Shown here one piece after another: positions 63,735-64,000 of a stretch of DNA of 64,000 nt (positions within the stretch are counted from its first letter, which is position 1; every line of letters begins with the position of its first letter). The notes beneath the pieces are model-generated. The model was not told the origin of the DNA and searched no databases. It was given only the letters and a program-made list of their open reading frames with translations. Source of the DNA: Botryllus schlosseri. Its lineage: Eukaryota. Both the position numbers and the translations under genes were made by a program. The stretch spans positions 1,426,001-1,490,000 of the forward strand of contig CM119372.1 of NCBI GenBank assembly GCA_051294905.1, written 5' to 3'.

Positions 63735-64000
63735 CCAATACCAACGTTTGGAGTGGAGGACGAATTACTGTTTTGGTCCTGATTGTACCTACAACCCACG
63801 CTAACATTGTGTATAAGCGGATGGCTATATGGCGACATGTATAAATGTAGAGTCAATAATTGTGAAATAAAGGTTGTTGCCCGTTTCAAGTAGAGTCATA
63901 TGAGAATAAGATAAAGTGAACTTAAAATTCTACCTTCGACTTAATACAGATACTGCAAGCTGCCGTTACGAGAAACGGCAAATAACGACTCGGTTACGAT

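Larger units (their letters stand above)
59315..64000. mobile_element. Second copy of the GATTAC hAT element, inserted in a MITE starting at 59168 and running off the window
   Basis: Starts cagacatggggtgattac; colinear with 21395 to about 22735 once the insertions at 59891-62732 and 63180-63734 are removed. Confidence 0.88.

Overview
AT-rich animal genomic DNA with GT-AG introns and dense repeats. The style fits a marine invertebrate such as an ascidian, but the organism cannot be established from this window. Exons were reconstructed by hand from splice sites, exon phase and protein motifs. (1) A 4-exon folate-receptor-family gene (846-5539, +, about 290 aa) ends in a transmembrane helix plus cytoplasmic tail instead of a GPI signal and lacks the pterin-binding Asp. 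(2) Three MFSD4-like (NaGLT1-type) MFS transporter paralogs lie in tandem on +. Copy A is complete (12 exons, 20914-35754, about 491 aa). Copy B has only its intact N-terminal exons (39508-42917). Copy C (48621-57415 onward) runs off the window. (3) A cryptic minus-strand multi-exon locus (about 6657-11856) has in-frame stops and weak C-type-lectin-like traces. The rest is largely non-autonomous hAT MITEs with 8-bp TSDs, a MULE-like MITE, TA-flanked MITEs, a fold-back element, CR1/L2-group and R4/Dong LINE remnants and tRNA-derived SINE heads. These are often nested up to four levels deep. No intact transposase, CRISPR array or RNA gene was found. Most short ORFs in the supplied track are spurious.
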